Part shown: one piece after another, positions 28,054 through 38,943 of the stretch
Layout of the letters: each line of letters begins with the position of its first letter
Numbering within the stretch: position 1 is the stretch's first letter
Origin: Oligoflexia bacterium
GTDB lineage: Bacteria > Bdellovibrionota > UBA1018
Reading direction: 5' to 3'
NCBI GenBank assembly: GCA_046317855.1
Contig: JBKCVM010000135.1
Span: forward strand, 1 to 58,195
DNA length: 58,195 nucleotides
Position numbers and translations under genes: made by a program
The notes under the pieces: model-generated
The model's input: the letters and a program-made list of their open reading frames with translations, nothing else
Databases searched by the model: none
Told to the model about the DNA's origin: nothing

Positions 28054-29304
28054 TTAAAACAAATCTTTCATCCACGACTTCATCGATCCTCGGACTTTGT
28101 CGTAGATGTTTTTCTCGCGAATACTAAAACGATTCTTGCTCGTATGCCGCCCCTGATTGACTGCTCCAAACTTCAACAGCCCCACACCCGTGGCGAACTT
28201 AGGTGAATTGACCACGTCCCTGAGGCCACCCAGCCCGGCCGGAATGCCTCGCTTCACGGGCATTTCAAAAACAAATTCAGCCATTTCAGGCATTCCTTCG
28301 AGCAAAGTAGTCCCACCCGTGATCACTACGCCGCCAGAGAGAATATCGGCGTAGCCTGATTTCTGAATTTCCATATGAATGAGATTAAAAATCTCCTCGA
28401 CGCGCGGCTCGATGATTTCCGCCAGAAGCTTGCGAGAAAGAATTCGAGGCTTGCGGCCACCGACCGCAGGCACCTCGATCGTATCGTCGGCACTCACCAG
28501 CGAGGCGAGCGCACACCCATGTGCAATCTTGATCTTCTCAGCCTCGGCAATCGGCGTACGAAGACCCACTGAAATGTCGTTGGTGATGTGGTTTCCTCCG
28601 ATGGCTAGCACACCGGTATGAACCACTGCCCCTTCTTTGAAGATCGCAATGTCGCTTGTTCCGCCGCCAATATCGATCAAGACCACTCCAAGATCTTTCT
28701 CGTCCTGAGAGAGGACCGCTTCAGCGGAGGCGATAGGCTCTAAACAAATCTCGGCAACATTGAGGCCTGCTTTATTGGCGCACTTGATGATGTTTTGTGC
28801 CGAAGAAACCGCTCCTGTGACGATATGAACTTTAGCCTCGAGCCTGACTCCATTCATCCCGATCGGATCTCGAATCCCGTCCTGATCATCGATCACATAC
28901 TCCTGCGGAATGATGTGAATCACTTCGCGGTCCAGCGGGATGGCCACTGCTTTTGCAGCATCAATCACTCGCTGAATGTCGTTCTCGTTGATCTCTTTAT
29001 CTTTGATCGCCACGATCCCGGTGGAGTTGAATGACTTGATGTGACCGCCCGCAATGCCAGTGTAGACATTGGAGATCTCCACTCCAGCCATCAGCTCAGC
29101 CTCTTCGACTGCTTTAGAGATGCTTTCAACCGTACTATCGATATTGATCACGACCCCCTTTCGGAGGCCGTTTGAGGCCGCAGTTCCAATTCCAACGATA
29201 TCGATGACAGGATTGGGCCCAGGTTCCACAATCTCGCCGACAATGCAGCAGATCTTCGTGGTTCCGATGTCGAGACCGACAACAAAGTCCTTCTTATTGG
29301 ACAT
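28054..29304 (-). CDS. ftsA: Cell division protein FtsA
   Basis: [37 protein letters not shown], amphipathic C-terminal WMKDLF. Confidence 0.98.
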   Translation of the reverse strand: MSNKKDFVVGLDIGTTKICCIVGEIVEPGPNPVIDIVGIGTAASNGLRKGVVINIDSTVESISKAVEEAELMAGVEISNVYTGIAGGHIKSFNSTGIVAIKDKEINENDIQRVIDAAKAVAIPLDREVIHIIPQEYVIDDQDGIRDPIGMNGVRLEAKVHIVTGAVSSAQNIIKCANKAGLNVAEICLEPIASAEAVLSQDEKDLGVVLIDIGGGTSDIAIFKEGAVVHTGVLAIGGNHITNDISVGLRTPIAEAEKIKIAHGCALASLVSADDTIEVPAVGGRKPRILSRKLLAEIIEPRVEEIFNLIHMEIQKSGYADILSGGVVITGGTTLLEGMPEMAEFVFEMPVKRGIPAGLGGLRDVVNSPKFATGVGLLKFGAVNQGRHTSKNRFSIREKNIYDKVRGSMKSWMKDLF

Positions 29305-29378
29305 GCCAGAACACCTCTTCCGTAAGGTCGCCGTCAAAGACCGCACATCATGTGTCGATCTCTTGGCTCTAAGGAAGT

Positions 29379-30170
29379 CTAAGAACCCCGAACAGTCCTG
29401 ACAACTATTTTTTTATGGGAGTCGGCGTAGATTTGACGAGCTGGGATGGATTTCTGTGAAATGTATCCAAGAACCGAGTCAATTCTAGTAAGATTTTGCT
29501 TAAAAGACTCGTCAAAACCATCCGCGTCAACTTCCTGACTCGACGAAACACCAAGCACTAGCCCTAACACAATTCGCACACGGTGATCGGGCGCAAACGT
29601 AGTCCAAACCTGGTAGCCGTCTTCAGAGTCAAAACTCAGCTGGGATACCTGATTGGGATTTCGCCACTCTCTCCCAGACCATTCTTTTAAGAGTGCAAGC
29701 GCCTGCCTAAACTCGGCTGTGCGGTGCTCGCCCGAGAGCCCGGATAGCAGCGGGAGATCCGCGCGCGCCTTTATGTCCAGAGCGCCAAAAAGCGTCCCAT
29801 CTTCATCCACGTACCGCAGAGAACCATTGGACTCCTGCAAAAGAGCTACTGGCGAGCGATACAACACCTGAATTGAAAGCGTTTGAGGAAAGCGCTTGGT
29901 CAGCACGGCCCCACGGATCCACGCGTGTTCGATGAGCCTGCGCCGAATGGCCTCAAGATCAAGGTCAAAAAGACTGAGCTGACCCAGTGGGACGTTTGCC
30001 AATGTCGAGACCGTCTTAGCATCGACCGGTGCAGCTTCTGGCTGATCGACTACTTCAACCACTCGAACTCTGAACAGCGGCGAATGCAGCGCCGCATACA
30101 AGCCCACCCCCAGCCCAAGAGCTGCCACGGACGAGAAAATTACGGTTACTAAAGGATTCGATCGCCGCAT
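29379..30170 (-). CDS. ftsQ: Cell division protein FtsQ/DivIB
   Basis: N-terminal TM; POTRA-like SPLFRVRVVEV...WI..A...KRFPQTLSI; located before ftsA. Confidence 0.85.
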   Translation of the reverse strand: MRRSNPLVTVIFSSVAALGLGVGLYAALHSPLFRVRVVEVVDQPEAAPVDAKTVSTLANVPLGQLSLFDLDLEAIRRRLIEHAWIRGAVLTKRFPQTLSIQVLYRSPVALLQESNGSLRYVDEDGTLFGALDIKARADLPLLSGLSGEHRTAEFRQALALLKEWSGREWRNPNQVSQLSFDSEDGYQVWTTFAPDHRVRIVLGLVLGVSSSQEVDADGFDESFKQNLTRIDSVLGYISQKSIPARQIYADSHKKIVVRTVRGS

Positions 30171-30212
30171 CGGATCTCTTCAGTGTAGAAAATTCAAACA
30201 GAAGAGACCATC

Positions 30213-31619
30213 ATGAAAACACAAGTCACTCCATTCATTCGATCCACCGCGTTTTCAGCCAGCCTTTGCATTGGCCTTGGTGTCGGAATATTGTCAACTT
30301 CCTGCTCCTCCCTTCCCATTGGATCGGGAGTCACAGGTCCCGAGACAGTTCAGATAGCGAACGGTATCCAGGCCAAAAGGTACCGCTACGCCAACGGGCT
30401 GCGTTTGCTAGTCATCCCAGATGACTCATCCCCGACCTTTGCCTACCAAACCTGGTTTGATGTTGGCTCGCGCGATGAAGAGCCGGGAAAGACTGGCCTA
30501 GCTCATCTGTTTGAGCACATGATGTTCAAAGGGACGCAGACCTATCCGGACGGTCAGTTTGACCGACTCCTTGAAGAGGCCGGCGTCGAAGGTCAAAATG
30601 CTTACACGACTCATGACCATACGACTTACATTCAAGAACTTCCAGCAGAGCGCCTTGAGCTGATCGTCAAGCTCGAGGCGGATCGCATGAGAAATCTGGT
30701 CGTGAACGACCCCTCTTTTGCCACCGAGCGTGAAGTCGTCCAAAACGAACGGCGCTTCAGAAATGAAAACAACCCTGACGGCATGATGTATCAAGAGATC
30801 TATGGACTTGCGTTCGAAAAACATTCGTACCGTTGGCCCATTATTGGTTATGCCCAAGACCTGGCCACGATGTCGGCCGCAGATGCTCGTGATTTCTATG
30901 ATCGCCATTATTCACCTGATCGGGCAGTCATCGTGGTCACCGGCGACGTGAATGCAGCCCGCGTTGCAAAGCTCGTGCAGCAGCACTACGGTGCGCTCAA
31001 GGCATCACCGTCCCGCTCCCTAGCTCCGCCAGTTGAACCTGAGCAAAAATCTGCTCGACGCAAAACGCTCCGATTCGACATGCAGGTAGAGAAGCTGATG
31101 ATGGCCTATCCCATTCCAAAGATGAGCTCAGACGAGATGCCCGCGCTGGATGTTTTACAGACTCTACTTTCAGACGGTAGAGCCAGTCGTTTACGTAAAG
31201 CCCTCGTTGAGGCCGGAGTCGCCACCTCGGCATTTGCCTACGCGGCGAGCGCAAAAGATCCTTCCATTTTCATCTTTGGCGCTACTCTCCAATCCGGCCA
31301 AAAGGCCCTCTCGGCCGAGCGCATCATTCTTGCCGAACTCGAAAGACTTGGACGCCAAGGGGTCTCTGCCCGCGAGCTCGAGCGAGCCAAGAATTTGCTC
31401 AACTACACTTATTTTTCGAACCTCGAGACCAACTCCACGAGGGCACGCTTTGCGGGTCATTATGAATCTCAAATGAACGGGCTAGAAAATGGGCCCAACT
31501 ATTTTGAGCGACTCCAACGCGTTACTCCTGAACAAGTCAGGGCAGTAGTTCAGAACTATCTTCAGCCATCCAAAAGAAGCGTTGTGGTTGCTCTCAAGAA
31601 GACCGGAGAGGGAAAGTAA
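30213..31619 (+). CDS. M16 (pitrilysin/MPP-like) metallopeptidase, catalytic subunit, probable lipoprotein
   Basis: NGLRLL, VGSRDE, GLAHLFEHMMFKGT (HxxEH), NAYT, EREVVQNERR; lipobox-like STSC. Confidence 0.92.
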   Translation: MKTQVTPFIRSTAFSASLCIGLGVGILSTSCSSLPIGSGVTGPETVQIANGIQAKRYRYANGLRLLVIPDDSSPTFAYQTWFDVGSRDEEPGKTGLAHLFEHMMFKGTQTYPDGQFDRLLEEAGVEGQNAYTTHDHTTYIQELPAERLELIVKLEADRMRNLVVNDPSFATEREVVQNERRFRNENNPDGMMYQEIYGLAFEKHSYRWPIIGYAQDLATMSAADARDFYDRHYSPDRAVIVVTGDVNAARVAKLVQQHYGALKASPSRSLAPPVEPEQKSARRKTLRFDMQVEKLMMAYPIPKMSSDEMPALDVLQTLLSDGRASRLRKALVEAGVATSAFAYAASAKDPSIFIFGATLQSGQKALSAERIILAELERLGRQGVSARELERAKNLLNYTYFSNLETNSTRARFAGHYESQMNGLENGPNYFERLQRVTPEQVRAVVQNYLQPSKRSVVVALKKTGEGK

Positions 31620-31620
31620 G

Positions 31621-32964
31621 ATGAAACTTTCGAGTTTTAAAGTGGCGCTCACTGCCCTGTTGATTGCGACGCATGCACTGGCTGTCGAGATTCAAGTCGA
31701 AAGAGATTCAAAAATACCCATCGCCTACGTCAGCCTGGTGTTGAAGGGCGGTTCGAGTTCAGACCCTGAGACCAAACTGGGCCTCACTGCGTTCATGTCT
31801 GAAATGCTTGCACGTGGGACCCGCAAGCACACAAAGGAGCAGATTGACCTTTTGCTCGATCAGTGGGGAGCTGAGTTTGGGGTGGAGACCCGGGCCGAAT
31901 ACTCCATCGTTCGAGGCGCGGTCTTGAGCTCAAAACTCAACGAATTTTTGACCCTTCTTGAAGAGATCCTGCTCGAGCCCGTGTTTCCTGAGAAACAGAT
32001 GAGCAAGGTCAAATCTGAAACCATCTCAGCCTTAATGGCTCAACAAGCCAATGACCATGCGCTCAGTGCAAAATTTTTCTCAAAGGCTCTCTTTCAAGAA
32101 CATCCTTACGGCCGACCCATTTCAGGAATTCGAAAAGACATTGAATCGATTCGAAGATCGGATTTGCTAAACCAGCACGCACTGCTCATGAACCCTCAGC
32201 ACTTGCTTTTCATGGGGGCTGGCGATGTCGACCCAGGGGCCTTTCGAGCCTGGGCCCAAGGCTTAAGCCAACGCTTACCAGGTCGTCAGACACTTCAATC
32301 GATTGCACCGCCTGTCCCGCTCAGAAGCCGGAGACTTCAAATCGTTGACAAGCCCAATCGCACACAGACCCAGATTCAGATCGGGCAAATCGGTACGCTC
32401 ATGACCCGTCCCGACTATGCAGCCCTCTATCTGGCTAATGCCGCTTTTGGGGGCGGATCCTTCAGCTCCAGGCTCATGCAAGAGATTAGAGTCAAACGCG
32501 GCTGGTCCTATGGCACCTCGAGTTCGTTCAAATTTGGAGTGCAGCCCCGATCCTGGCAGGTCCATCTTTTTCCCGCCGAAAAGGACACCGCTGCGGCCCT
32601 TGCTCACACTCTCAAGATGATCGAGGACCTAAAAGAGCGAGGGATCACCGAAACTGAGTTTGCTCTAGCCCAAAAAGCGGCAATCAACAGCGCAGCCTTC
32701 ATCAATGACACTCCTAAAAAGCGGATTGAAAATCGAATCCTAGAAAAAACCTTGGGGCTCGAAGAAGGCTTCTTCGAGAACTTTGCTTCAAAGTTAAAAA
32801 AAGTCACTCGCATCGAGGCCAATCAAGCCATGCGTGAATTCTTAAGCCCAGAAAAGCTTGCTATTTCTGTGGTCGGGACTGCAGCCAAGATTCGTTCGCA
32901 ACTCGAAGTGGTGTCCGGAACAAACCCTAGTGACGTAGTGGTCGTACCCTATACGGCTGATTAA
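31621..32964 (+). CDS. M16 peptidase non-catalytic partner subunit
   Basis: Signal peptide; HxxEH replaced by FMSEM; HPYG and GGGSFSSRLMQEIRVKRGWSY (R-Y motif). Confidence 0.88.
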   Translation: MKLSSFKVALTALLIATHALAVEIQVERDSKIPIAYVSLVLKGGSSSDPETKLGLTAFMSEMLARGTRKHTKEQIDLLLDQWGAEFGVETRAEYSIVRGAVLSSKLNEFLTLLEEILLEPVFPEKQMSKVKSETISALMAQQANDHALSAKFFSKALFQEHPYGRPISGIRKDIESIRRSDLLNQHALLMNPQHLLFMGAGDVDPGAFRAWAQGLSQRLPGRQTLQSIAPPVPLRSRRLQIVDKPNRTQTQIQIGQIGTLMTRPDYAALYLANAAFGGGSFSSRLMQEIRVKRGWSYGTSSSFKFGVQPRSWQVHLFPAEKDTAAALAHTLKMIEDLKERGITETEFALAQKAAINSAAFINDTPKKRIENRILEKTLGLEEGFFENFASKLKKVTRIEANQAMREFLSPEKLAISVVGTAAKIRSQLEVVSGTNPSDVVVVPYTAD

Positions 32965-33896
32965 AAACCGAGATAACGCACTTCTTCTTCAAGGCGAACG
33001 CCTAATTCTTCGAGTGCTCGGCGCTGTGCGATCTGGATGAGCGCTCTCACATCCTGTGCCCTGGCTCCGCCTAGGTTGATGATGAAGTTGCTATGCTTTT
33101 CTGAAAATTGGGCATTGCCGATTCGATGCCCCCGCAAGCCCAGCCGATCGACCACTTGCCAAGCTCGCATCCCCGCACCCGTAGGGTTTTTGAACACGCT
33201 CCCACAGGAGGGGTAGTCAATAGGTTGGGTACTCTTTCTGCGATCCAGAGTCTCCTGAATCGCTTTTTTGACGAGCGACGGGTCACTCCTTTCTACTCTC
33301 CAGGTGGCCCCTGTCACTATGGCCGCCGCTGGCAAAAAGAGATTCTTGCGGTATTCAAAGCTCATTTCGGATCGGTCCCAGACCTGTGCCTGGCACGATG
33401 AAAAGTCAAAAGTCTCCACCTGCTCAACTCTCGAGGCTGCCTCACCGAGATGGGTCCCGGCATTCATGACCACCACTCCGCCCATCGAGCCCGGAACGCC
33501 TGCTAAAAACTCGAATCCAGCCCAACCCTCCTGAGCTGCGCGTCTCAAGAGACTAGAAACAGCAACACTACTGCCCACGCGCACTCGGTCCCCTTGCGGA
33601 GTACCTAGGCTCGCGTGAATTTCTTGGTCTAGCCTCGAGGTCTTGATGATTAGCCCTCGGTAACCGGAATCGGAAACGAGCAAGTTGGAGCCAAGTCCCA
33701 GCACGAACCAATCCACTCCGGTCCGGTCGACTCCTTGCCTCAGCCAACGAAGATCAGCAAGGCTGCGTGGAATAGCCAGGATAGGAGCCAGGCCCCCGAT
33801 CCGGTAATAGGTGTGACGGGAAAGGGGTTCATCAAAGCGCAATTCGCCCTGAAACGCTCCGCCTTGCTCCCTAAACCAAGAGAGCTCAAGCTCCAT
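32961..33896 (-). CDS. murB: UDP-N-acetylenolpyruvoylglucosamine reductase
   Basis: HTYYRIGG, GLGSNLLV, GVPGSMGG..MNAG, GSVFKNP, SEKHSNF, LEEEV. Confidence 0.97.
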   Translation of the reverse strand: MELELSWFREQGGAFQGELRFDEPLSRHTYYRIGGLAPILAIPRSLADLRWLRQGVDRTGVDWFVLGLGSNLLVSDSGYRGLIIKTSRLDQEIHASLGTPQGDRVRVGSSVAVSSLLRRAAQEGWAGFEFLAGVPGSMGGVVVMNAGTHLGEAASRVEQVETFDFSSCQAQVWDRSEMSFEYRKNLFLPAAAIVTGATWRVERSDPSLVKKAIQETLDRRKSTQPIDYPSCGSVFKNPTGAGMRAWQVVDRLGLRGHRIGNAQFSEKHSNFIINLGGARAQDVRALIQIAQRRALEELGVRLEEEVRYLGF

Positions 33897-35295
33897 TCAG
33901 CGGCCCCAAGCGAGAAATGAGCTGCCCTGGGAGGCGAGTGATTGAACCAGCCCCCATGCAGAGCAAAAGATCTCCAGATTGAAATTCAGAAAGAATCGCC
34001 CTCTCCGTCTCCAGAAGGTCCCCATGAGCGTCGATGCGCACCTGGGTTCGAGAATGATGAGCCACTTCACGAGCAAGCCAATGGGAGTCCACTCCGTCGA
34101 GCGGCGCCTCACCAGCAGCATAAATATCGGTCAAGAAAACTCGGTCCGCTAAATCAAAAGCAGTACGAAATCCATCTAGACAATTCAAAGTGCGCGAGAA
34201 GCGATGGGGTTGAAAGGCCACCAAAATTCTTCCCGGCCAGTACTGTCGAGCTGCAGCAAGAGTGGCAGCAATCTCCGTGGGGTGATGGCCGTAGTCATCA
34301 ACGATGACTCGCCTCGAAACTGTATCCTCCCAGCGAATCTCAAAACGTCGCTTGACGCCTTTAAACTGCGCAAGCCCACGAGCAATCTCCTCAAAAGAGA
34401 GCCCCATCCCTACTGAAATCGCAACCACTGCAAGCGCATTGAGTATGTTGTGTCTTCCCGGGATCGAAAGCTCCACCTGCCCGAGTCTGCCTTGGTCTCG
34501 CTGAAAGACTTCAAATCGAGAAAACAATCCCGAAGTCTGAATCCTGTCCGCCCAGTAATCAAAACGATCTGAAAACCCATAGGTCACTGCGGGCTTAACA
34601 AAATGATCACGGATTCGAGCCACTCCGGGATCCTCGCCACAGACTGCCGCAAGCCCATAGAACGGAAGATGAGCAACAAACGCAGAGAACGCTTGATCGA
34701 TGGCTGCAGTCGATCCGTAGTGGTCCAGATGATCATTGTCGATATTTGTGATGATTGCGTAGGTCGCCGGCAGTTGAAGAAACGACCCATCACTTTCATC
34801 TGCTTCGGCAACTACAAACTGGCTCTTGCCAAGCTTTGCATTACCCCCCAAGGAGTCAACCCTGCCTCCAATGACAAGAGTGGGATCCCAGCCCGCTGAG
34901 CTCAACACAGTGGCCAACATCGAAGTTGTCGTAGTCTTGCCGTGGGTTCCAGCTACAGCCACCCCCACCTTTCCTCGCATGAGCTCGGCAAGCATTTCAG
35001 CGCGACGAATAACTGGGATCCGTTTTTCACGGGCTTCAATAATCTCAGGGTTATCCGGACGGACTGCAGACGATACAACCACCACGTCCGCTCCAGAGAT
35101 ATTCTCCCGAGCATGTCCCAAATGTAGACGAACGCCCAATCGCGCAAGCCTACGAGTCGTGTCAGAGTCGGACTGATCCGAACCGCTGACTCGAAAACCC
35201 TGATTCAGAAATACTTCTGCGATCCCGCTCATTCCGATTCCGCCAATTCCGACGAAGTGCAGCTGTAGATCACGGCGTTCTTTGCGTTCCCTCAC
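33886..35295 (-). CDS. murC: UDP-N-acetylmuramate--L-alanine ligase
   Basis: HFVGIGGIGMSG, GTHGKTTT, EADESD, DHLD, DDYGHHPTE, FQPHR. Confidence 0.98.
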   Translation of the reverse strand: MRERKERRDLQLHFVGIGGIGMSGIAEVFLNQGFRVSGSDQSDSDTTRRLARLGVRLHLGHARENISGADVVVVSSAVRPDNPEIIEAREKRIPVIRRAEMLAELMRGKVGVAVAGTHGKTTTTSMLATVLSSAGWDPTLVIGGRVDSLGGNAKLGKSQFVVAEADESDGSFLQLPATYAIITNIDNDHLDHYGSTAAIDQAFSAFVAHLPFYGLAAVCGEDPGVARIRDHFVKPAVTYGFSDRFDYWADRIQTSGLFSRFEVFQRDQGRLGQVELSIPGRHNILNALAVVAISVGMGLSFEEIARGLAQFKGVKRRFEIRWEDTVSRRVIVDDYGHHPTEIAATLAAARQYWPGRILVAFQPHRFSRTLNCLDGFRTAFDLADRVFLTDIYAAGEAPLDGVDSHWLAREVAHHSRTQVRIDAHGDLLETERAILSEFQSGDLLLCMGAGSITRLPGQLISRLGPLNGA

Positions 35296-36398
35296 CCCAC
35301 TCCCCCTTTGGCAGAGAGATCCGAAACAATCGCATCGACGGCTCCTGGTCTAAAAAATGCGGTAACCTTCTTTTCAATTGATCCAATTCGAGCAGGATCA
35401 GACGCCAGCTCCAATATCAAATGAGCCAAACCCTCTCCCGTCGTCTCACCCTGGATTCGCATCTCCGCCGCCCCCTGACTCGCAAAGTACTCGGCATTAA
35501 AGACCTGATGACGATCCTTTGAAACCAATGGAATCAGAATAGCGGCTCGCCCAACCGCCGCCACTTCAGACAGAGTCGAAGATCCGGCTCGGCAAACCAA
35601 AAGATCAGCCGCCGCATAAGACTCTTTCATGTCGTAAATAAACTTTTCAACCCGGGCATCGATTGAGGCTTTTTTATAGGCCTCTGCCACGCGCTCAAAA
35701 TCGCGATCTCCGGTCTGATGAATGACTCGAAGGGCCCGGCCAGAAGCTTTTAAAGAAGGCAGGCTTTCGATCATCAGGGTGTTTACTCCCACAGCTCCCT
35801 GGCTCCCCCCAAAAACAAAAATAGTGAAAGGGCTTCTAGACGCTGATGGAAGGGGCTCAAATGCGGATCGAACCGGGTTGCCGGTCACTCTGACCTTGTC
35901 ACTTCCAAAAACATTCTCTGCACCAGGAAAAGCGCAAAAAACCCTACCACAGAACTTTCCGAGGACGCGATTGGTGAGCCCCGGTAGCACGTTTTGCTCG
36001 AGGACTGCGATTCTGCATCCCCAGAGCCACCCAACGCAGGCAGCAGCCAGAACTAACGGAAAAGAAGCATAGCCCCCCACTCCAATGACTGCCGCAGGAC
36101 GAGCTCTCAGCAACCATGTCACCGAGACACCAAACGAAAGCGGAATCTGCAAAGCCGTTCGAAGCCTCCGATGCCAAGGCATGCCGTTCCACGCTCCCAT
36201 AGAAAGAAGCCGGAGTGGATGCGGGGATCTTGGCACCAGGCGCTCCTCCATCCCACCTCGCGCTCCAACAAAAACAATTTGGGCTGACGGAAAGCGCTCA
36301 CGCCATCGGTCAGCAATCGCCAGTCCTGCATAAATGTGACCTGCAGTCCCACCCCCAGTCACAAAAAGTGCGTCGCTTGCCCTCAAGAGAACGCTCAT
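35292..36398 (-). CDS. murG: Lipid II N-acetylglucosaminyltransferase
   Basis: GGGTAGH, GGYAS, EQN..PG..N, GNPVR, GGSQGA, RAGSSTLSE. Confidence 0.97.
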   Translation of the reverse strand: MSVLLRASDALFVTGGGTAGHIYAGLAIADRWRERFPSAQIVFVGARGGMEERLVPRSPHPLRLLSMGAWNGMPWHRRLRTALQIPLSFGVSVTWLLRARPAAVIGVGGYASFPLVLAAACVGWLWGCRIAVLEQNVLPGLTNRVLGKFCGRVFCAFPGAENVFGSDKVRVTGNPVRSAFEPLPSASRSPFTIFVFGGSQGAVGVNTLMIESLPSLKASGRALRVIHQTGDRDFERVAEAYKKASIDARVEKFIYDMKESYAAADLLVCRAGSSTLSEVAAVGRAAILIPLVSKDRHQVFNAEYFASQGAAEMRIQGETTGEGLAHLILELASDPARIGSIEKKVTAFFRPGAVDAIVSDLSAKGGVG

Positions 36399-37519
36399 GC
36401 CTGATCACCAGAATCACCACGAGAAATACTCAAAAGCACCCCCATGGCAAAAAGATCAATCACTAAGGCAGAACCGCCGTAGCTGATGAACGGAAGAGCA
36501 AGGCCCTTCGTGGGGAGCAGCCCAAGCACGACCGCCATGTTCAAAAATGCCTGCACCCCTAAAAGCAAAGTGATGCCGCTGCCCAGCAGCATCCCAAAAT
36601 AATCCCCTCGCTTTTCGTATGCCTGCCAAGAAACCTGAAGCCCCCGATAAATGAGAACCACAAATGCTAAGACTACCGCAGAGAGTCCAATGAACCCAAG
36701 CTCCTCGCCGATCACAGAAAAAATGAAATCATTGTGGGCCTCAGGAAGGAAAAAGAGCTTCTCTTTTCCGTTGCCCAGACCCACGCCCGACATTCCTCCT
36801 GAATGCAGTCCCACGAAGGACTGAAGAATCTGAAATCCTTTGCCCGACGGATCACTCCACGGGTCTAAAAAAGTCATGATTCGTGCCCGTCGGTAAGCCG
36901 AGCTCAGCGCTAAGATCATGCCCACGCCCAAACCACCAGCCAGGACAGGCCCCAAAAATCGCACGGGAACACCGGCCAAGAACATCAAAAGAAATGAAAC
37001 CATGACAATGACTGCGGTCGAGCCAAAATCTGGCTGCAACAAAAGCAGTCCAAAAACAGGCAACAAAAGTAAGAAAACAGAAAGTACCGACGGGACAAAT
37101 CTCTGGAGACTGGACTGTTTTGAAGCCAGCTGCCTTGCAACAAAAACCATGCAAGCAAACTTAGCGAGTTCGGCGGGCTGGAACTGTAGGCCCAAAAACC
37201 GAATCCACCTCTGTGCCCCTCCCGTCCTGGCTCCAACACCAGGAATGAGGACAAGAATCAGCGCCACCGCTGCCACGGCCAATGCAGGATAAGCCCACTG
37301 CCTCCACCGGGCATGCGGAATCTGGGCCGAGAAAAGCATCAGCCCTCCTCCGATCAACGCAAACCAAACTTGCTTCTTGATAAAAGCAAACCCATCGCCG
37401 GTTCGCTCCTGGGCAAAGATGAACGATGAGCTGTAGACCATGACGAGGCCAAACAATACAATCCCTACAGTGAGCAGGAGGAGCACCGGATCAACTCCTC
37501 TCAGCCTATGGATCAGCAA
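36395..37519 (-). CDS. ftsW: SEDS peptidoglycan polymerase FtsW
   Basis: GLVMVYSSS, GAQRWI, QPAELAK, QPDFG, LPEAHNDFIF...EELG, LPFISYGGS. Confidence 0.96.
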   Translation of the reverse strand: MLIHRLRGVDPVLLLLTVGIVLFGLVMVYSSSFIFAQERTGDGFAFIKKQVWFALIGGGLMLFSAQIPHARWRQWAYPALAVAAVALILVLIPGVGARTGGAQRWIRFLGLQFQPAELAKFACMVFVARQLASKQSSLQRFVPSVLSVFLLLLPVFGLLLLQPDFGSTAVIVMVSFLLMFLAGVPVRFLGPVLAGGLGVGMILALSSAYRRARIMTFLDPWSDPSGKGFQILQSFVGLHSGGMSGVGLGNGKEKLFFLPEAHNDFIFSVIGEELGFIGLSAVVLAFVVLIYRGLQVSWQAYEKRGDYFGMLLGSGITLLLGVQAFLNMAVVLGLLPTKGLALPFISYGGSALVIDLFAMGVLLSISRGDSGDQA

Positions 37520-37541
37520 GGACGGCCTCCCTCAGGTCGGT

Positions 37542-38924
37542 TTAGAGCTGGGATACCAATTTCTTAAAGTAATCCCCGCGCTCCTCGTAATTACGAAACA
37601 TGTCGTAGCTCGAGCAGCCCGGCGACAGCAGAATGATGTCACCGCTTCTAGACTTCTGGTAAGCTAGCAGCACCGCTTCTTCAAACGTACCGACGAGAAA
37701 AGTCTCGGCACAGTCACCAATCGAGCGATTCATTTTTTCTTTTGCTTCACCCAGGAGAATCAAGATTTTGCAGCGCTCTTTGACGAGCGGCACCAATGGA
37801 GCAAACTCCATATTCTTGTCCTTACCACCCGCAATGAGGATGATTGGATTTTTTCCGAATGCTGCAAGACTCCTTTGAACACTCATGACGTTCGTGCCTT
37901 TGGAGTCGTTGATGAAATAAACCCCATCTTTTTTGCGCACAAACTCGAGTCGATGGGGAACTCCCTTAAAGTTCTGAATCACCGATTGAATGGCCGCAGG
38001 AGAGACACCCTGAGCCCGGGCGGCACAGATTGCGGCCATGAGATTTTCTTTGTTGTGCTCCCCAAAAAGCTTGAACGCCGAAACGTCGTACGACTCTTCT
38101 TTTCCGGTGATCTTGGCAACAATTCTGCGTGAAGCAGAGTCGTAGTAGCACCCTCTGAAGTTTTCGGCGAACTCGCCACCAATCTTCATAGGATTCTGCT
38201 TAGTAAACCAGATGAGCTTGCCCTGAGCCTCAGACGCAAAACGAGCCACATTTGCGTTATCGTAATTTAAAACAACGAAACTGTTTCGGTCACAAAGTGT
38301 TAAAAGTCGCCTTTTGGCCTGCACATAGAGATCCATCGTGCCGTAACGATCCAAGTGGTCTTCTTCGATATTGGTAAAAACAGCCACGGCGGGCACAAGC
38401 TTCTCTGTCAGCTCTAACTGAAAACTTGAGAGCTCTGCGACAACGGCGTCGACCCGCGCACCCTCATTGGCGTAATCCAAAAGTGGAGTGCCAATGTTTC
38501 CACCCACATACACTGGTCGCTGATCCGACTTGAACATTTCGCCGATCAGGGTCGTGGTCGTGGTCTTGCCATTGGTTCCGGTCACGCAGATGAGGGGCTC
38601 CTTGCACGTTCCTGCCGCCACTTCGACTTCGCTGGTGATCGGAACAGCAGCAGCTCTCGCTTCGTCTAAGGGTTTGATGTTTAGGGGCACCCCTGGGCTC
38701 ACCACAATGAGCTCAGACGTAGAAAAAGTCTTTCCGTTGTGACGCCCTAGCTCGTATTCGATCTTGAGATCTGCACAAGCATTGACGCTATCAGCGAGCT
38801 CAGTCTTCTGTTTCATGTCAGTGACCGTCACCTTAGCGCCCTGCTTGCACATGTAACGCGCAACCGCCACACCGGTCTTTCCAAACCCTACAACCAAAAC
38901 TCGCTTGCCTTTATACTTACTCAT
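37542..38924 (-). CDS. murD: UDP-N-acetylmuramoyl-L-alanine--D-glutamate ligase
   Basis: VSPGVP, GTNGKTTT, GGNIG, ELSSFQL, DHLDRY, NDSKGTN, LSPGCSSYD. Confidence 0.97.
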   Translation of the reverse strand: MSKYKGKRVLVVGFGKTGVAVARYMCKQGAKVTVTDMKQKTELADSVNACADLKIEYELGRHNGKTFSTSELIVVSPGVPLNIKPLDEARAAAVPITSEVEVAAGTCKEPLICVTGTNGKTTTTTLIGEMFKSDQRPVYVGGNIGTPLLDYANEGARVDAVVAELSSFQLELTEKLVPAVAVFTNIEEDHLDRYGTMDLYVQAKRRLLTLCDRNSFVVLNYDNANVARFASEAQGKLIWFTKQNPMKIGGEFAENFRGCYYDSASRRIVAKITGKEESYDVSAFKLFGEHNKENLMAAICAARAQGVSPAAIQSVIQNFKGVPHRLEFVRKKDGVYFINDSKGTNVMSVQRSLAAFGKNPIILIAGGKDKNMEFAPLVPLVKERCKILILLGEAKEKMNRSIGDCAETFLVGTFEEAVLLAYQKSRSGDIILLSPGCSSYDMFRNYEERGDYFKKLVSQL

Positions 38925-38943
38925 AAATTCACCTATAAAATCA

